From Trichosphaerium sp. ATCC 40318 (Eukaryota; Protista; Tubulinea): a DNA stretch of 64,000 nt. Below, piece after piece: positions 60,443 through 64,000 of the stretch; the first letter of the stretch is position 1; each line of letters begins with the position of its first letter. The notes under the pieces are model-generated. The model searched no databases, was not told the DNA's origin, and worked only from the letters and a program-made list of their open reading frames with translations. The stretch lies in assembly GCA_038496445.1 (NCBI GenBank), contig JALMLS010000143.1, positions 434,001 through 498,000 on the forward strand, written 5' to 3'. The position numbers and the translations under genes were made by a program.

Positions 60443-62900
60443 ATGTCTGTGGTGCATTACCATACTGATGATGACCCATGTTATGGTCCTTCTTGTGGAG
60501 AAGTACGAAGTTGGTTTTTTAACGTAGAAATCCTTATAACGCGGTATTATCGTAGGTGCCCGTAATAGAATACTATCCTATGACAATCAGCACCGTAGCA
60601 TACCATAAAACTGCTACATGCGCTTGTAATGCTCCTGAACGACTACAAGAGCCTCTACCAGCGCCAAAGGACAATATATTCCAATATGCCAATTTGACAA
60701 CATTAAAAATACGCAACATAGGCATCAAGAGCGCCAATTTCGCCGAAATCAAGGTAAATACCACTATTTTGATGATTCTTAACGTGTTTGTAAGAAACTT
60801 CCTGGTTTGGCCCTCTTAGACATTTCAGGCAACGCAATAGACTCTATAGTACCACCTCCGAGTCTCCCTATATTCAACAGAGTAAATAGTTTCTCTAGGA
60901 AGGTGTTGAAGCGCTGACAACTTTGAAAAACCTCAACGTTTCACATAATTTGATAACATCGCTTCCTTCCAAAATATCATCTCTTACAGGGCTAAGAAAA
61001 CTCTACATCACCAGTAATAAGATTTCATACGTACCTTTGACTCTACTGAAGTTGACAGAACTCTCAGAGTTCGCTGTTGCTAATAATCCTTGGGTTTTCC
61101 CTCCGGACTACATCATGTCTTCAAGTACGATTAGACAGTATTTGGTCTTCTCAGTATTCTGATGTATGTGTAGCTTTCAAGTATATCAAACAGGCGCTAG
61201 AGGTTGTCAAAGGTATGTTGGGTATTTATGAATGGGTATATAATTGTTTTCTTGTTGTATAGTGCCAGTAGTCGTTGACAAGCCAATGTATTCAGAAAGA
61301 TTTAAGAAACTATTTAATTTACAAGTATTTTCTGACAAAACCTTTGATCTTGGAAGTACGACATTTCGCGTTCATTCTGTATGTCGTGCACCACAAAATT
61401 AGAAAAAGAACTTGCGGCTGACTATCTTAGGCATACTTGAAGTCAATTGAACCAGGACTTGAAACTAAAATGTCAAATCTTATTCAAAATGAAGAGATTG
61501 ATGTCGATCAGATGAGTGCTGTATTGACGTTCTTGTACGGAGGTAATAATTGAATACTATTTATCTTTTGGCAACTGGCATGTGCCAACTTATCAACAAT
61601 TACGCACATCTCACATGACTTACATTTATCGAAAAAAATAGAAATTGTGAAATCCAATGATGTGTCAATACTCGAAGACTTTTCAACACTGTTATCCAGT
61701 ACGTAATTATAGAGACAAAAACGAGATGAAAGTATTTCAGTTCGCCTCGTTACTTTACTTTTAATTTGGTCGTAGAGGTTATCCCTAAAAGCATGGCTGA
61801 TATTCCTCTTCAAAACAATGAAATCATGGCAAAGCGAAACAACATCAACCTGACGTAAGTGTACTCAGTATTTAGGTTCTTGATATTGTATAAGCTCCAT
61901 CTCATCATCTATTTAGTCTACAAACTACAGCTGGAGTGTTGCGAGATATAAAAGATGCATACGTGAAACATGAAGAAGCAACAAATTTTTGGCTTTCACC
62001 AGAACTTTTAATTCATAAAACGCTTCACGCCATGTACCTGGATGAATCAACAAAAGATGTGACTTTCACGTTTCCAAATATAACAGAAAAATATAAGGCA
62101 CATCTTATTGTGCTTTATATGTCATCAGAGATCTACAGCACAATGTTTTCTGGAAAGTACTCTGACAGTGAAAAAAGAGAATTTTTTGTACCAGACATTT
62201 CTTATGGTATCTTTGGACACATCTTGAAGTTCATGTAGTACGTTGCTTATGTATATCCTATCATACGTTAATATATCAATAGTGGTTTTGATATTGAATT
62301 TACAAGTGAGAATACAGTTGATTTACTTCAAGCTGCAAATCAGCTTCAACTGGTCAGGTGAGCGAAAAAGAGCAACTAATTTTCCCCGTTTAATTTTCTT
62401 CTCATTGCTCATTGCACACAAAGGTTACAACAAATGGCTGAAGAAGAAATATCTAAGTTTATAGACCATGATAATGCTGCAGGTAAGAATCTTTTAATTG
62501 GACTCCAGTGCTTTGATTAATTTTTTTCTTCTTTTTTTCTTAGGTCTTTTTGAGCTCTGTGATCGATTACATGTTCCTCAATTGAGAAAACAATGTTTAC
62601 TTTATCTCATAAGACATGCTGGCGATGCAAGCTTAGATATGGATAAGTTCATGCCAGAAGAGTTGAAAAAAGTTGTTGATTCTGGTTGTGTTGATGTCAC
62701 GCAATACGAATATAAGACTGACTTCTCAGAAAACAGGGAAAAAATAAGAGAGATAGCATCCACCAGCGGAACCTTTCTTCATCATAACATCAACAGAAGG
62801 TTCAACTTCTGAATTATCAGAAGTTCCTAAACCCAAAATTTTTATTCTTTTTCTTAGTAGAGCAGTAGTCAACTATTTAACAAGTCTACACCCCGAATAA
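60443..62900 (+). CDS. LRR plus tandem BTB/POZ domain protein (putative Cullin-3 adaptor)
   Basis: LRRs LKNLNVSHNLITSLPSKISSLTGLRKLYITSNKISYVP...NNPW; BTB1 FSDKTFDLGSTTFRVH...VLTFLYG; BTB2 KDVTFTF...YKAHLIVL...MFSG...ILKFMY. Ends are tentative. Confidence 0.8.
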
Positions 62901-63907
62901 AATATCCTCAATTTATATTACCGTTGTCAGCCAGAAAACTTTTCTCGCAGCAATTTTAGGTGTAGTAAACTTGTGAACTTCATGTACAACCCTGCCTTTA
63001 ATTTAACGGTACAGACTCAACGGCACGTGAGTAGACTGGGATGAAGGTTGAAGCTAATAACGCGAATTTACAAACTGTGGAAGTTACACAAAAATGTCGC
63101 TGTTCGCAATGTATCTACTACAACTACGTATGCGCCTCAACTAAATATCAATAATGTATGAGCGGTGTAACAAAAATACGTATTTTTATTTACACGTCCA
63201 CTTGTGGGCCTATTTACAAAGTGGAACGGTTATTAGAGAAGTTCCTTATTTGTTTTCAACATGTCGTTTGTCTGGATTGTAGTCGTGGTTGGCGCATTGC
63301 GCTATGTTTATGAACTTTAAACCATTGATATAAGAACGAGTTATTGGAGATATCTCGTAAGAATGTTCTCACTACTTTTTAACGAAGAAAAAAAAGGCAC
63401 TTCAAATTTGGTTAAACTGTGATTACCCTTACGCATTACAGGGAAAACATTTCTCATATTGAATTCATAGCTAGCGCACTAGCGGAAGTATCTTGTAAAG
63501 TAACGCGCTAGTAACAGTTTCTCTTTAGAACAACATCATCCGTCCATAGTTGGTCTGACAGACGTTATCTAAAGAGTGGACTATTGCCGGAGAAATTGAT
63601 AGTACGCGCCTCGCTTGCCACGTATCGCTTTATTTTATCTTGTCTGTGTGCTAAAGCATAAAACCTGTATTGAGAAGAAAGTTTACTGTCTCGCTCTGTC
63701 AGTATGTCGTGACATGGCAAACGCATATTAAATAACGGGTAATTAGTACCCGATACAGCCGAACCTTTCATTGCCAGGACCGTTACATCGGCGTAGTTGG
63801 TCTATCAAATCACAATTTATTAAAACTTGCAGAAAAAAATCACGTGAACACGTTATTGTACCAAAAAAGGACTCATTATACAAAACACAACACAACAGAC
63901 GCAACTC

Positions 63908-64000
63908 ATGAACTTACTTATTCTGATTGCGCTAGCTTGTTTTATCGCCGTAACTACTGCACAATGGAACCCAAGGCACCCATCTTGGACTGACAGCTAT
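63908..64000 (+). CDS. N-terminus of a secreted protein, truncated by the window end
   Basis: MNLLILIALACFIAVTTA|QWNPRHPSWTDSY: classic signal peptide, after a CA-rich leader like other gene starts here. Confidence 0.6.
   Translation, partial: MNLLILIALACFIAVTTAQWNPRHPSWTDSY

Noticed and set aside
1-64000. Alternative genetic code or stop readthrough explaining the fragmented ORFs
   Set aside because: Breaks in conserved proteins coincide with GT/GC-AG-bounded insertions; the standard code with short introns explains them.

Overview
Gene-dense, AT-rich, intron-rich eukaryotic (protist) DNA. Introns are mostly about 45-150 nt and many donors read GTACG(T), which suggests an amoebozoan (inference). 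About 30 genes can be reconstructed by splicing across the fragmented ORF track. Enzymes: TagI DNA glycosylase, amidohydrolase-3, oxalyl-CoA ligase-like enzyme, a variant SIRT6/7-like sirtuin, GPAT, PhoD, a ZZ-finger carboxylic-acid-reductase-like A-T-R enzyme, LPAAT, aldo-keto reductase, RidA and both ribonucleotide reductase subunits. Others: a discoidin-domain protein, class C GPCR, FHA-CUE protein, GNB1L, MEF2-type MADS factor, HSBP1, and six cullin-ligase adaptors (five F-box, one LRR-BTB). No rRNA, tRNA, CRISPR array or intact transposon was seen. Highlights: (1) RNR small and large subunit genes sit head-to-head on a 150-bp spacer with E2F, CHR and CCAAT motifs; (2) giant-virus-like F-box/MORN and F-box/LRR genes; (3) a sirtuin with the catalytic His replaced by Phe; (4) the ZZ-CAR has three consecutive GC-AG introns and lies in a loose lipid-enzyme neighbourhood; (5) a U12-type intron in HSBP1; (6) a CheD/CNF1-like deamidase candidate; (7) a scrambled relic of the BTB gene. 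All gene models are manual and unverified by RNA data.
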